A DNA stretch of 64,000 nt from a virus. Shown here piece after piece: positions 38,375-47,013 of this stretch. The notes below the pieces were generated by a model. That model had not been told where the DNA came from. It saw only the letters and a program-made list of their open reading frames with translations, and made no database searches. The stretch covers positions 91,387-155,386 of the IMG/VR virus record IMGVR_UViG_3300017989_000003; one strand, 5' to 3'. Numbering within the stretch: position 1 is the first letter of the stretch; every line of letters begins with the position of its first letter. The translations under genes were made by a program, and so were the position numbers.

Positions 38375-40051
38375 ATGCTAGCAACGACCTATAAAAATTT
38401 TGTGGGAGATTACGCAACTGACGCAGGAGCACTAGTATTTATTCAAACTGCTAATTGGGACGATGCAGGCGATGGTACTGGGAATCCACGTATAGGAATG
38501 TTGTATTTTAATACTACAAGTGAGTTAGTAAGGAGATACACATCGTCAGGTTGGGTTGACGTAGGGACAGACTTACCCCATAATACAATTTATGTCGATG
38601 TGAATAACACAAGAACTGGACAAGATGGCTCATTTAGAAACCCTTTTAGTTTAGCCCAGGATGCTATCGACTTAGTGGACGCCAGGGCAGATAACAGTCT
38701 AGCAAATCCTTACGTAATCGAACTATTTGTAGGGGATTACACTGCTCAGGGAGCTTTAGATTTAAGTAAGCCTAATTTGGTTAATTTAATTATTAAGGGT
38801 CAGGGCGACGGAACGGCTATGCCAGCGAATAGTGTTCAGGTAGCTGGATTATCATGCACGACTAATAACGATGGATTTTTATCTCTAAGTGTTATAGACG
38901 TGTACTTTACTGAATTATTCCATATGGAAGGGGCATCTAATAGTACTTTATTTATGTCGTGGATTGCTACTATAGAGAGATGCTCTTTCAACGCCTCATC
39001 AGGAAATTGTCTATATCTTTACAATATGTGGGGGATAAGATTTCGTAATTGTTACATGGATAGTAAAGACACAGATATACTAAATGTTTATTCAGTGTAC
39101 TTTGACCATACCATAAATAATTCAGACACTACGTTTAATGCTGACAATGCTTCTAAATCACCAATAGCTCCAGGTTTTGGAGTTTGTAACAGTCAGGCGT
39201 TCTCTACACAATTAGGTAATAACCTGACATTTCTAAATACAGCTTTGTTTGCTACACATTGCGAGTTTTTTACGTGTACTATAGGTTCGACTGCTTTTGT
39301 GTCTGCTATGAGTTTGCCAAATGCGAATACCACTGTAGTTATCAACAACTCTGAGGTTATAGAGAACATTAATGTTAATGGCGGGTCTATGGTGGTTAAT
39401 GGTACATGGTATGACCCAGCGAAATTAACTGTACTAGCTGGTACATTTACTAATAATAATCTCAGTCAGGCAGTTGCTTATACTCCAGCTGTTCCAGGGG
39501 ATTGGTCTGTCGTACCAGACGATGTAAAAGAGGCGCTAGATACACTAGCTGCTAACTTTGCAGCAACTATTACCGTATTAGCAAAGTTTACAGCCAATGA
39601 CTCCTTATTGCCCGCAGTAAATCCAGCTAGTATTTCTGGTAGAAACGGCATTCCAGTAGCTGAGTTTGATGACACAATTAACGAAAATATTGTATTTAGC
39701 GATATTGTACAAAAAGGGTATAGTGGTTCAAACATCGAAGTAAAAATTTATTGGGTAGCTGCCTCAGCTATACTTGGGGACGTTAAATGGAATGCGGCAT
39801 TTGAAAGGAAACAGGATGGTGGAAGCTCAATAGATGTAGATTCATTTGCGGCAGCTAGAAGTGTAACTGACACGACTAGCGCAGTTCTTGGTAGTATAAA
39901 AGTATCTACAATTACATTTACCCAAGCTCAGGCAGATGGAATTGTGTCTGAAGATAAATTTCGTGTAAAATTTACAAGAGATGCGTCAGATGTTGCTGAT
40001 ACTTTGATTGGTGACGCCCAAATAGTAGCTGTAGAGATTGGAGTGGCATAA
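38375..40051 (+). CDS. spike/fibre protein with shared WDDAGDGTG N-module
   Basis: N-module; DGS..NPF...Q.A; beta-helix-like body. Confidence 0.8.
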   Translation: MLATTYKNFVGDYATDAGALVFIQTANWDDAGDGTGNPRIGMLYFNTTSELVRRYTSSGWVDVGTDLPHNTIYVDVNNTRTGQDGSFRNPFSLAQDAIDLVDARADNSLANPYVIELFVGDYTAQGALDLSKPNLVNLIIKGQGDGTAMPANSVQVAGLSCTTNNDGFLSLSVIDVYFTELFHMEGASNSTLFMSWIATIERCSFNASSGNCLYLYNMWGIRFRNCYMDSKDTDILNVYSVYFDHTINNSDTTFNADNASKSPIAPGFGVCNSQAFSTQLGNNLTFLNTALFATHCEFFTCTIGSTAFVSAMSLPNANTTVVINNSEVIENINVNGGSMVVNGTWYDPAKLTVLAGTFTNNNLSQAVAYTPAVPGDWSVVPDDVKEALDTLAANFAATITVLAKFTANDSLLPAVNPASISGRNGIPVAEFDDTINENIVFSDIVQKGYSGSNIEVKIYWVAASAILGDVKWNAAFERKQDGGSSIDVDSFAAARSVTDTTSAVLGSIKVSTITFTQAQADGIVSEDKFRVKFTRDASDVADTLIGDAQIVAVEIGVA

Positions 40052-40734
40052 TGGCTAGGAACTTTAATGGAACAACACAACGGCTTGTAAACGTCACTGG
40101 AGTTCCTGTATCAGTTGCTCCACTTACGGTATCTGCGTGGGTTAATCCGTCTACAGCTGCACCATTAGACGATATGGTTATTATAAGTCTTTGTCGTACT
40201 GATAGTGCCCAACATTGGTTTAGGCTACTTATCGAAGGAAATACAATAGCCGACCGTGGTTATCCCAGATGGGCAGTAACAGCTGGTGGAGTAGCTGGAA
40301 AAGCTCAGGCTACAAGTCTTATTTTAGCGAATACATGGCAGCATTTATGTGGCGTGGAATACTCAAGTAGTAATCGCTCTGTATTTCTAAATGCTGGAAG
40401 CCAGGGAAGTAATTTTGACCTAAGAGTACCTGCTGGTGTTAATCGAATAGACATAGCGCATTGTAACTGGATAGGAAACCCAGACTGGTTTTCTGGAAGT
40501 ATCGCACATGTTGCAATTTGGAATGTAGCGTTATTAACTAATGAAATAAAAGCACTCTCTTCTGGATTATCCCCACTTCAAATACGACCTGATAAATTGG
40601 TGGCGTATTATCCGCTAAATGGAAGACCTACAGAGCCTGATGTTGTCAGAAAGTTAAATCTAACGGTAGTTAATGCACCGTTGGTAGTTACTGAACCAAA
40701 AAATTTATTGGGTAAATTTATAATTGCTGCGTAG
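40051..40734 (+). CDS. LamG/ConA-like domain protein
   Basis: TVSAWV, WQHL, F.G.I..VAIWN.AL...EI motifs. Confidence 0.85.
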   Translation: MARNFNGTTQRLVNVTGVPVSVAPLTVSAWVNPSTAAPLDDMVIISLCRTDSAQHWFRLLIEGNTIADRGYPRWAVTAGGVAGKAQATSLILANTWQHLCGVEYSSSNRSVFLNAGSQGSNFDLRVPAGVNRIDIAHCNWIGNPDWFSGSIAHVAIWNVALLTNEIKALSSGLSPLQIRPDKLVAYYPLNGRPTEPDVVRKLNLTVVNAPLVVTEPKNLLGKFIIAA

Positions 40735-40742
40735 AGGTAAAT

Positions 40743-41291
40743 ATGGCGACAGTTATCCATAGGGAAACGAAACAGATTCTGTATAGCGTTAATACCCCCG
40801 ACTATACTGAAGAAATATGGGTGATTAACCCAGATTTTAGTAATGTCGATGGAGTTCCTCAAAAGTATTGGAAAATATCTGGTGATTCTATAGTGGAGAT
40901 GACGCAAGAAGAAAAAAGCGTAGTTGATGCAGCTGAACTTGTAGAATATAAAAATTTAATGCTTACTGAAATCTCAAATAACTCACCTGTCGTACTAGAA
41001 CGCGACGGATTTGAATTTGACTCCTACGTATTTCCTCTCACTAAAGAATCTCGAGAACAATACCTAATGCTAGCTTCTATGAAAAGTGTTTTACAGTATC
41101 CATTGTTACTCGACAAAAAAGACGAGACGTTACCCCAGTATTCTATATTAGACGAGCAGGTGTTAGATTCATTTTTACTTACTGTAATGGGGTATGCCAA
41201 TTCAGTTATTGATGCAGGTGAGGCATTAAAAGCTGATATTAGAGCGGCTACGTCAAAAGAAGAAGTTGACGCAGTAATAGATAACCGTTAA
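40743..41291 (+). CDS. tail-fibre assembly-like (DUF4376-like) protein
   Basis: KYWKI.GD.IVEM..EEK..VD; C-terminal LK..I.AA.S.EEV.AV. Confidence 0.6.
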   Translation: MATVIHRETKQILYSVNTPDYTEEIWVINPDFSNVDGVPQKYWKISGDSIVEMTQEEKSVVDAAELVEYKNLMLTEISNNSPVVLERDGFEFDSYVFPLTKESREQYLMLASMKSVLQYPLLLDKKDETLPQYSILDEQVLDSFLLTVMGYANSVIDAGEALKADIRAATSKEEVDAVIDNR

Positions 41292-41318
41292 AATTGAATT
41301 AACTAACGAGGGTCAGGT

Positions 41319-41858
41319 ATGTCGAAACTTATTAAATATACGCTAGACAACAAATTAGGTGTGAATGTTACCTTGAACGACGATTTAACTTATCGTGTGG
41401 AGTCAGTTTACTATATTAGCTCTGATGGATTCGAAACTTTATATCGTGGTGACATAGTTAAACCAGCAAGTAACATCTCATTCAAAGAGCTTCAAGCTTT
41501 TCTTGACATACTACGGGCTAGACCCACTTACACAGATAGTCCACTAGATGTACTGCTTACGCGAATTATTCCCCATATAGACACAATTTTCCTCAATTTA
41601 GGTGATAATTTGTCCGGAAGTATAAGAGTAGGTAGCGCAGATGGTGATGAAATAGTGACAGCTACTTACGATTCTGACACTAGAAAGTACTTACTGCGTG
41701 CGGATTTATCTTCGATAACAGGAGCACCAGAAATTTTGGAAGATTCGGCGTCTTTGTCTGAGTACGTGGTATTACTTCAGAAAGTACTTGAAAAGTGGTC
41801 AATTGGTTTATTGAATGTGTCTGTTTCTCCTGCAAAACTAAAATTTATGAGTCAATAA
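41319..41858 (+). CDS. hypothetical protein, paralog group with 29407 and 37892
   Basis: Shared motifs. Confidence 0.75.
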   Translation: MSKLIKYTLDNKLGVNVTLNDDLTYRVESVYYISSDGFETLYRGDIVKPASNISFKELQAFLDILRARPTYTDSPLDVLLTRIIPHIDTIFLNLGDNLSGSIRVGSADGDEIVTATYDSDTRKYLLRADLSSITGAPEILEDSASLSEYVVLLQKVLEKWSIGLLNVSVSPAKLKFMSQ

Positions 41859-42094
41859 AAATAGAAGAAGACAAGAAAAAACACGCTATAGTCGGTGGTC
41901 TAATGGGATTAATTTTTGGATTCCTAGGCATCTGGGGTTGGGTATTAGGATTTGTTATAATTGTTGGGTGGGAAATACAACAATATGTATTTGACACCGG
42001 TACTCCAGAGGTAGCAGATGTTATATACGGAATAGTTCCGTTTACAATTTTGTGGTTAATAGGTTATCTGAATTATTACACTCGAAATAAATAA
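41795..42094 (+). CDS. small membrane protein (DK..H...G...E...D type); start uncertain
   Basis: Hydrophobic segments and motif. Confidence 0.65.
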   Translation: MVNWFIECVCFSCKTKIYESIKIEEDKKKHAIVGGLMGLIFGFLGIWGWVLGFVIIVGWEIQQYVFDTGTPEVADVIYGIVPFTILWLIGYLNYYTRNK

Positions 42095-42109
42095 ACTGAA
42101 AGGTTAATC

Positions 42110-43300
42110 ATGGCAGAATTAAACACATTAGCACCAAAAAAATGGGTGCAAAATTTTGGCGGTGTAGCTCCAACTTTGGATTCTTCAAATACCGTCAGTA
42201 ATGGTGATATTGCTATTGACACGTCTACTACTCCAAATGCCTATTGGAGATGTCTGGCTAATACACTTGGAAGTCCAACGTGGGTTAATATTGTGGCTAA
42301 GTCTTCAAAGACTATTTATGTTAATGGTGCTGTTGGAGCTGGCGATTATATGAATGGCTCGTTTGAGTACCCTTACAAAACCATTCAAGCTGCAATTAAC
42401 GTAGCTAGTGCAGGTGATGTTATCGTAATATCTTCTGGTGTGTACACAGAGAATTTAACGTTAAACAAACTTGTTTACATCAAAAGTATGTTTAACAGTT
42501 CATTCTATGACGTTACTATCATCGGAAAACACACTTTTGACGTTGGAGGTGGTACCTTATCACTCAGTGGATTACATTTTTATAACACTACCGACACAGC
42601 ATTTGTATTTGGTGGAGCACTTTCTCAAAAATTACGTGCATATAAGTGTAAGTTTGAGACAAATGGTGCAGGTGCTTACCATGGTATTGATGTTACTAAC
42701 ACACATGCTGGTAGTGAAATTCTGCTCAATGACAGTATGGTTCAAGTTCTAGACTCATCGGCAGGCGCAAAATGTATTAACACTCTTAATACTTGTCAGT
42801 GCCAAATAGGACTTATGGACACTACAGTTAAAGTCGATGACGACGATGACAACGTAGCAGTGGATATCAATGGTTCGATTGCTTACTGGCATACACAAGA
42901 CACTGTTCATGGAACTGTTCAGGTAGCTGATACAGCAACTTGTTCTATTAGTTTTGTGGCTATGTACAGCACAACCCAGCCTAATATAACTACTAATAGT
43001 ACTGGATTTACGACTACTATTGGTGTTGTGTTAAATACGGGTGCTTCACCAGCTATAACTGGCGCTGGTGCGTTTGCTTATAGCATGGTAAGCTATTCGG
43101 GAGCTGGTTCAGGATTTGCAGGAACATTAAATGGTGGTGGTGGCGCAGACCCGGGAGCTATTTTGACTGAATCTGGAAAGAACATGGTGTATACAGCTAA
43201 TGCACCAGACTGGGTTATGCCGTTACCGACTAATCTTCAGGATGCTGTAACTAGAATTGCAACACAAGTTGCTATACTATTAGGTGCGCCAATTCCGTAG
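42110..43300 (+). CDS. beta-helix spike-like protein
   Basis: GS...PYKTIQAAI...GD.I.I..G.Y.E motif. Confidence 0.8.
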   Translation: MAELNTLAPKKWVQNFGGVAPTLDSSNTVSNGDIAIDTSTTPNAYWRCLANTLGSPTWVNIVAKSSKTIYVNGAVGAGDYMNGSFEYPYKTIQAAINVASAGDVIVISSGVYTENLTLNKLVYIKSMFNSSFYDVTIIGKHTFDVGGGTLSLSGLHFYNTTDTAFVFGGALSQKLRAYKCKFETNGAGAYHGIDVTNTHAGSEILLNDSMVQVLDSSAGAKCINTLNTCQCQIGLMDTTVKVDDDDDNVAVDINGSIAYWHTQDTVHGTVQVADTATCSISFVAMYSTTQPNITTNSTGFTTTIGVVLNTGASPAITGAGAFAYSMVSYSGAGSGFAGTLNGGGGADPGAILTESGKNMVYTANAPDWVMPLPTNLQDAVTRIATQVAILLGAPIP

Positions 43301-43348
43301 TCACACGTTGTCCTAAGTTAACCATAAAAATTACGAAGAGGGACTAAA

Positions 43349-43612
43349 ATGGAATATGTACGCGATAATAGCGTCCTTGTGACTGACGGTGGTATACCTG
43401 TTCTTTACGCTCCATTAAACTACGCAGTTCGGTATAGAGCTAAAAGTACACCAAAGTGTGTTTCTTGCGGCACTTTACTACCTGTGGAATACGATAGGGT
43501 AATTTCTGAAGTTGCTACTGTTCACGAGGAGTTAACACTTCGGGTTATTTGCCCAACATGTGGTAAGACAACACTTGTGAAATGTTACTGGGTCGCACAA
43601 AAATTACAGTAG
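43349..43612 (+). CDS. Zn-ribbon protein homologous to N-terminus of 23606
   Basis: CxxCG..LP.EY.......VH..LTL.V.CxxCG..T.VKC. Confidence 0.8.
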   Translation: MEYVRDNSVLVTDGGIPVLYAPLNYAVRYRAKSTPKCVSCGTLLPVEYDRVISEVATVHEELTLRVICPTCGKTTLVKCYWVAQKLQ

Positions 43613-43619
43613 GAATTCA

Positions 43620-44204
43620 ATGAGTTTCTTATGGACATTAACTACTAGTCGTCTATCTAGTGATATATCAGCTTACTCCATATTCTTAGCTGACATGTTA
43701 GATTCTGTTATTAATCGAATATTGACATGGACTATAACTGCGAATCCTTTACTGAGAAAAGCGATTCTGTCTAAGATTACGGAAATGGTTATTCTAGACT
43801 TACGTGCGTTTGAAGAAACTGGGACTACAGCATATTTGTTTAAGGACTTCATAATACGTAAGACCGATATAGCTCATAATGCCGAAGTAGTTACAGACGT
43901 TGGGGTAGAAGTCACTGATAACAGTGTCGAAGTCACAAACACTCCTTCAGATACAGAAGTTTACAGTGAGTCTACAATATACCCAGAAGATTATCTTGTA
44001 AAAGTATCTGCTAAGGTCTATGAAAGTGCTCCAAATGTCGTACTATACATTACTTACGATGAGTATGATGCTTCTGGAGTAGTTGTGTATTCTGATAGTT
44101 TTTCGTTTAATATGTTTACGCAACCAGCGTACCCTGATGATTTTGACGTCACGATTGACGACTCTGAGTGGTTAAATTCTAAAGTAGATGGTGTTTTCTG
44201 CTAG
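43620..44204 (+). CDS. hypothetical protein
   Basis: ORF. Confidence 0.75.
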   Translation: MSFLWTLTTSRLSSDISAYSIFLADMLDSVINRILTWTITANPLLRKAILSKITEMVILDLRAFEETGTTAYLFKDFIIRKTDIAHNAEVVTDVGVEVTDNSVEVTNTPSDTEVYSESTIYPEDYLVKVSAKVYESAPNVVLYITYDEYDASGVVVYSDSFSFNMFTQPAYPDDFDVTIDDSEWLNSKVDGVFC

Positions 44205-44254
44205 TTTATGGTATCTTCCCCGTATTTTTATAATGTCGGGTGGAATCTAAATAA

Positions 44255-44281
44255 AAAGGGGGGACAAATGTCCCCCCTTTG
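44255..44281. terminator. bidirectional terminator
   Basis: AAAGGGGGGACA/TGTCCCCCCTTT. Confidence 0.8.
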
Positions 44282-44317
44282 GTTTACTGTTTAATTTCTA
44301 TGAAAGGCAGGTGGACA

Positions 44318-44764
44318 ATGTCTAATAGCGTGGATATAGTAACTGTCGGTGACTCTCCTAATATAAAACTAGGTGAGCACTTAATCTTGGATTTTAATGA
44401 ATGCAAAGCTGTTGACGAGAACGGAAAGAGTGTGTTGTGTAACATAGAGTACATAGAAGAAATTCTGCTAAGAGCTGCTGAAATTGGTGGAATGACTTAT
44501 ATGGCTCATAAAATGGTGAAGTACCCTCCTAATGGAAGCGTTAGTGGAGTTGTAATAGTATCTGAGTCGCATATTTCGATACACACATGGGATGAATACT
44601 ACTACGCTATGGTGGACATTAATAGCTGTGGTGATGTAAATGGGGTAATGGCAGCAATGAACCACCTGATGCGAACACTAGGGTCAACTTACCCAAAAAT
44701 AACCCGTGTCGAACGGGGTGTGTATAAACAAAAATATTTTCGCGATAAGTCTAACTGTCTATAG
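44318..44764 (+). CDS. speD: S-adenosylmethionine decarboxylase proenzyme
   Basis: G.HLILD, GVVIVSESHISIHTW self-cleavage motif, D..SCG. Confidence 0.92.
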   Translation: MSNSVDIVTVGDSPNIKLGEHLILDFNECKAVDENGKSVLCNIEYIEEILLRAAEIGGMTYMAHKMVKYPPNGSVSGVVIVSESHISIHTWDEYYYAMVDINSCGDVNGVMAAMNHLMRTLGSTYPKITRVERGVYKQKYFRDKSNCL

Positions 44765-45101
44765 TGTCATACCGTATTTCTACTTGTTCTGATATGTAGT
44801 TTACAAGATTTCCGAGTGTGTAGTCTTTTTTATCTTTCCATTCAGTATCTGGAATATAAATTTCAAATGTGTCTTCGACAAACAATATTAGCATTAGAGT
44901 GTCTAGACTATCCATACCAAGGTCAGATATAAAATTAGATTCTAATGTGACCTCTTCCACAAAATTATTCTGTTCTTTTATTTCTTTGACTAAACATTGT
45001 AGTATGGTGCTATTTTTCCATTCTTTGTAGTCGCTACAAGCGCTAAGTCCGTTGGAAGTGTCCGAGCCTTTTAATCTGCAATATTGCTTACGTAGATTCA
45101 T
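44751..45101 (-). CDS. acpP: acyl carrier protein with N-terminal extension
   Basis: DLGMDSLD...E..F.I.IPD phosphopantetheine site. Confidence 0.85.
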   Translation of the reverse strand: MNLRKQYCRLKGSDTSNGLSACSDYKEWKNSTILQCLVKEIKEQNNFVEEVTLESNFISDLGMDSLDTLMLILFVEDTFEIYIPDTEWKDKKDYTLGNLVNYISEQVEIRYDTIDS

Positions 45102-45124
45102 GTCATGTCCTATCTGTTATTATC

Positions 45125-45244
45125 CCCGCTTCGAGCCGCTAATTTATTACTTCTCACCCCTTTCACGTCTTCCAGTATACGTTAACGAAAGAGATTACTT
45201 TCTTCACAAATTAAACGGCTCGCGCTATCTGGAACTACCGCGGG
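45125..45244 (-). ncRNA. candidate structured RNA with loop-E-like motifs and pseudoknot
   Basis: Four nested helices with G-U pairs on the - strand, GAA/AGUA internal loop, 6-bp TTCCAG/CTGGAA pseudoknot. Confidence 0.65.
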
Positions 45245-45251
45245 TTCGTAG

Positions 45252-45488
45252 TTAGCCAATTCTTGTTACGTTTAATGCTAGTTGTCCCTTATTGTTCTCA
45301 GCAATATCAAACTCTACTTTATCGCCAGCACATAGGGATTTATACTCGCTATCTGTTCTAATTTCAGTGTAATGCACAAAACAGTCCGGATTTCCGGTAC
45401 GTTCAATGAAACCGTATCCTTTATCTCCATCAAACCATTTTACAACACCAGTTACGTTGTACGCTAAGATATTAACTTCTTTTGCCAT
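45252..45488 (-). CDS. csp: cold-shock domain protein
   Basis: GVVKWF...KGYGFI, FVHY RNP motifs. Confidence 0.92.
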   Translation of the reverse strand: MAKEVNILAYNVTGVVKWFDGDKGYGFIERTGNPDCFVHYTEIRTDSEYKSLCAGDKVEFDIAENNKGQLALNVTRIG

Positions 45489-45507
45489 CTGACCACTATA
45501 CCTTTCA

Positions 45508-46116
45508 TTATGTTCTAGCTACGGTAATCTCAGTGTCAAAACTATTAGCTCCGCCGTTAATAGCCCCCTGAACTCCAGCAGCGTTGTTTACAAAATCATG
45601 GGAATCGGCAGCTGCTATTCCAAACTTAGCTGCTTCTACATCTGCTACCTGGTTTGTACCCCAGTACCTGAACTCCCACGAATATTCAGTTTCTTGCCAG
45701 TCTAACCTATCTTTAAGATAGTCACTACATCTGAATGTTAGGCTTATTTCGTCAACTCCAAACGACATAATACAGAATATTGTTATGCCAGGTTGTGCCA
45801 AATAATCCAATGTAGCATATTTATCGAATACATCGACAATGCCTCTACCTATGGCGTCTTGTACAGCCATTCTACCTCGATTAGCGAAATCGTCGGCAGT
45901 CAAAGTTGGAACATCATCTAAGGGAATATGCTTCCACACATATTCAAACAAATCGTCGTATTTTACAAGAGTTACTACTGCATCTTTTAGTCCTGGAGCA
46001 GCTTTCTGTGCAGTTATAAGAGCATTTATCTCAGTGATAATGTTAGCTTCTACTGCGGCTATATTAACTGACCTATCGAGAACTAACACGATGTTAACTA
46101 GATTTGGGTTTGCCAT
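45508..46116 (-). CDS. VWA-domain protein with degenerate MIDAS
   Basis: IVLVLDRS..., RG..A..DAIG; DxSxS and TDG motifs altered. Confidence 0.7.
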   Translation of the reverse strand: MANPNLVNIVLVLDRSVNIAAVEANIITEINALITAQKAAPGLKDAVVTLVKYDDLFEYVWKHIPLDDVPTLTADDFANRGRMAVQDAIGRGIVDVFDKYATLDYLAQPGITIFCIMSFGVDEISLTFRCSDYLKDRLDWQETEYSWEFRYWGTNQVADVEAAKFGIAAADSHDFVNNAAGVQGAINGGANSFDTEITVART

Positions 46117-46200
46117 AATGTCTCCTTTGGCGTAAAATAAGTAATAAGTGTATTATATAGTACTATCCCAAATTTAACCAACAACTTTTTAGGGGGAATC

Positions 46201-46314
46201 ATGAAAGGTATACCAAAAAGAGACGGCACTGGTGGAGGAAAACGGAAAAATCGAGGAAGAGGAGGATGTAGTTCTACACGCAAAACTGGTAAAAATAAAC
46301 GTGGTGGAAAGTAA
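46201..46314 (+). CDS. 37-aa Gly/Arg/Lys-rich basic peptide
   Basis: AGGGGG RBS; MKGIPKRDGTGGGKRKNRGRGGC... Confidence 0.6.
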   Translation: MKGIPKRDGTGGGKRKNRGRGGCSSTRKTGKNKRGGK

Positions 46315-46322
46315 CTCATTTA

Positions 46323-46598
46323 CTACGCGTACCTTTCAAAAATATGCTTCACTCCCATAGGCGTATGTACAGTTGATAGATATTTTAACATCCGACCATT
46401 TGATAGAATTTCGGCATAATCGTCTAGTAACATCAGCACCATAGTAGTAGCTGGTGACTCAGTATCAACTATTGCTCTTATTTGTATGCAGGCTGCAATG
46501 GTGTCATATGATATATCTACTATTCTAGCCCCTTTTTGAATATCTAACGTACTTTCATACTGTGAATACGGTATTGAAAACACTGCAATATATACCAT
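46323..46598 (-). CDS. hypothetical protein
   Basis: ORF with RBS and promoter. Confidence 0.7.
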   Translation of the reverse strand: MVYIAVFSIPYSQYESTLDIQKGARIVDISYDTIAACIQIRAIVDTESPATTMVLMLLDDYAEILSNGRMLKYLSTVHTPMGVKHIFERYA

Positions 46599-46630
46599 GC
46601 TTCTTTTCCTTAATGTCGATTAATACTTTA

Positions 46631-46659
46631 AGTATAGTCTACTTTTCTAGATTTGTCAA
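46631..46659 (-). promoter_or_regulatory. sigma70-type promoter TTGACA-N17-TATACT
   Basis: Consensus match. Confidence 0.75.
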
Positions 46660-46693
46660 GTAAAATTATTCGAAATTTTTGAAAAAAGTTGCT

Positions 46694-46945
46694 TTACTTT
46701 GGGAACATGTTTAGATTATATCCTGTTACTCCCCATCTATATGTTGAGTTTACGCGAGCTAATTTAACTAACGTATATCCTGTAACCCTGGCTACTAATG
46801 TAGCTTCTTCTTGTGTATCAAACCATTCTATTGTAATTGCGATAAAATGAGCTAATGTAATTTTCACCCTGGTCTCGAAGTCAGTGTCATAGACAAAAAC
46901 TCTAACACCATGCCCTACACCATGTCTTGTAAATTTTCTGCGCAT
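46694..46945 (-). CDS. hypothetical protein
   Basis: ORF with AAGGA RBS. Confidence 0.65.
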   Translation of the reverse strand: MRRKFTRHGVGHGVRVFVYDTDFETRVKITLAHFIAITIEWFDTQEEATLVARVTGYTLVKLARVNSTYRWGVTGYNLNMFPK

Positions 46946-46955
46946 AGTATCCTTT

Positions 46956-47008
46956 GACAGTTGTCGTCAAGGGGTAATTCGTTACTGGTTGCAAATTACC
47001 CCTTGACA
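46956..47008. repeat. dispersed palindromic repeat, full copy
   Basis: 14-bp stem GTCAAGGGGTAATT/AATTACCCCTTGAC. Confidence 0.9.
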
Positions 47009-47013
47009 TTAAA

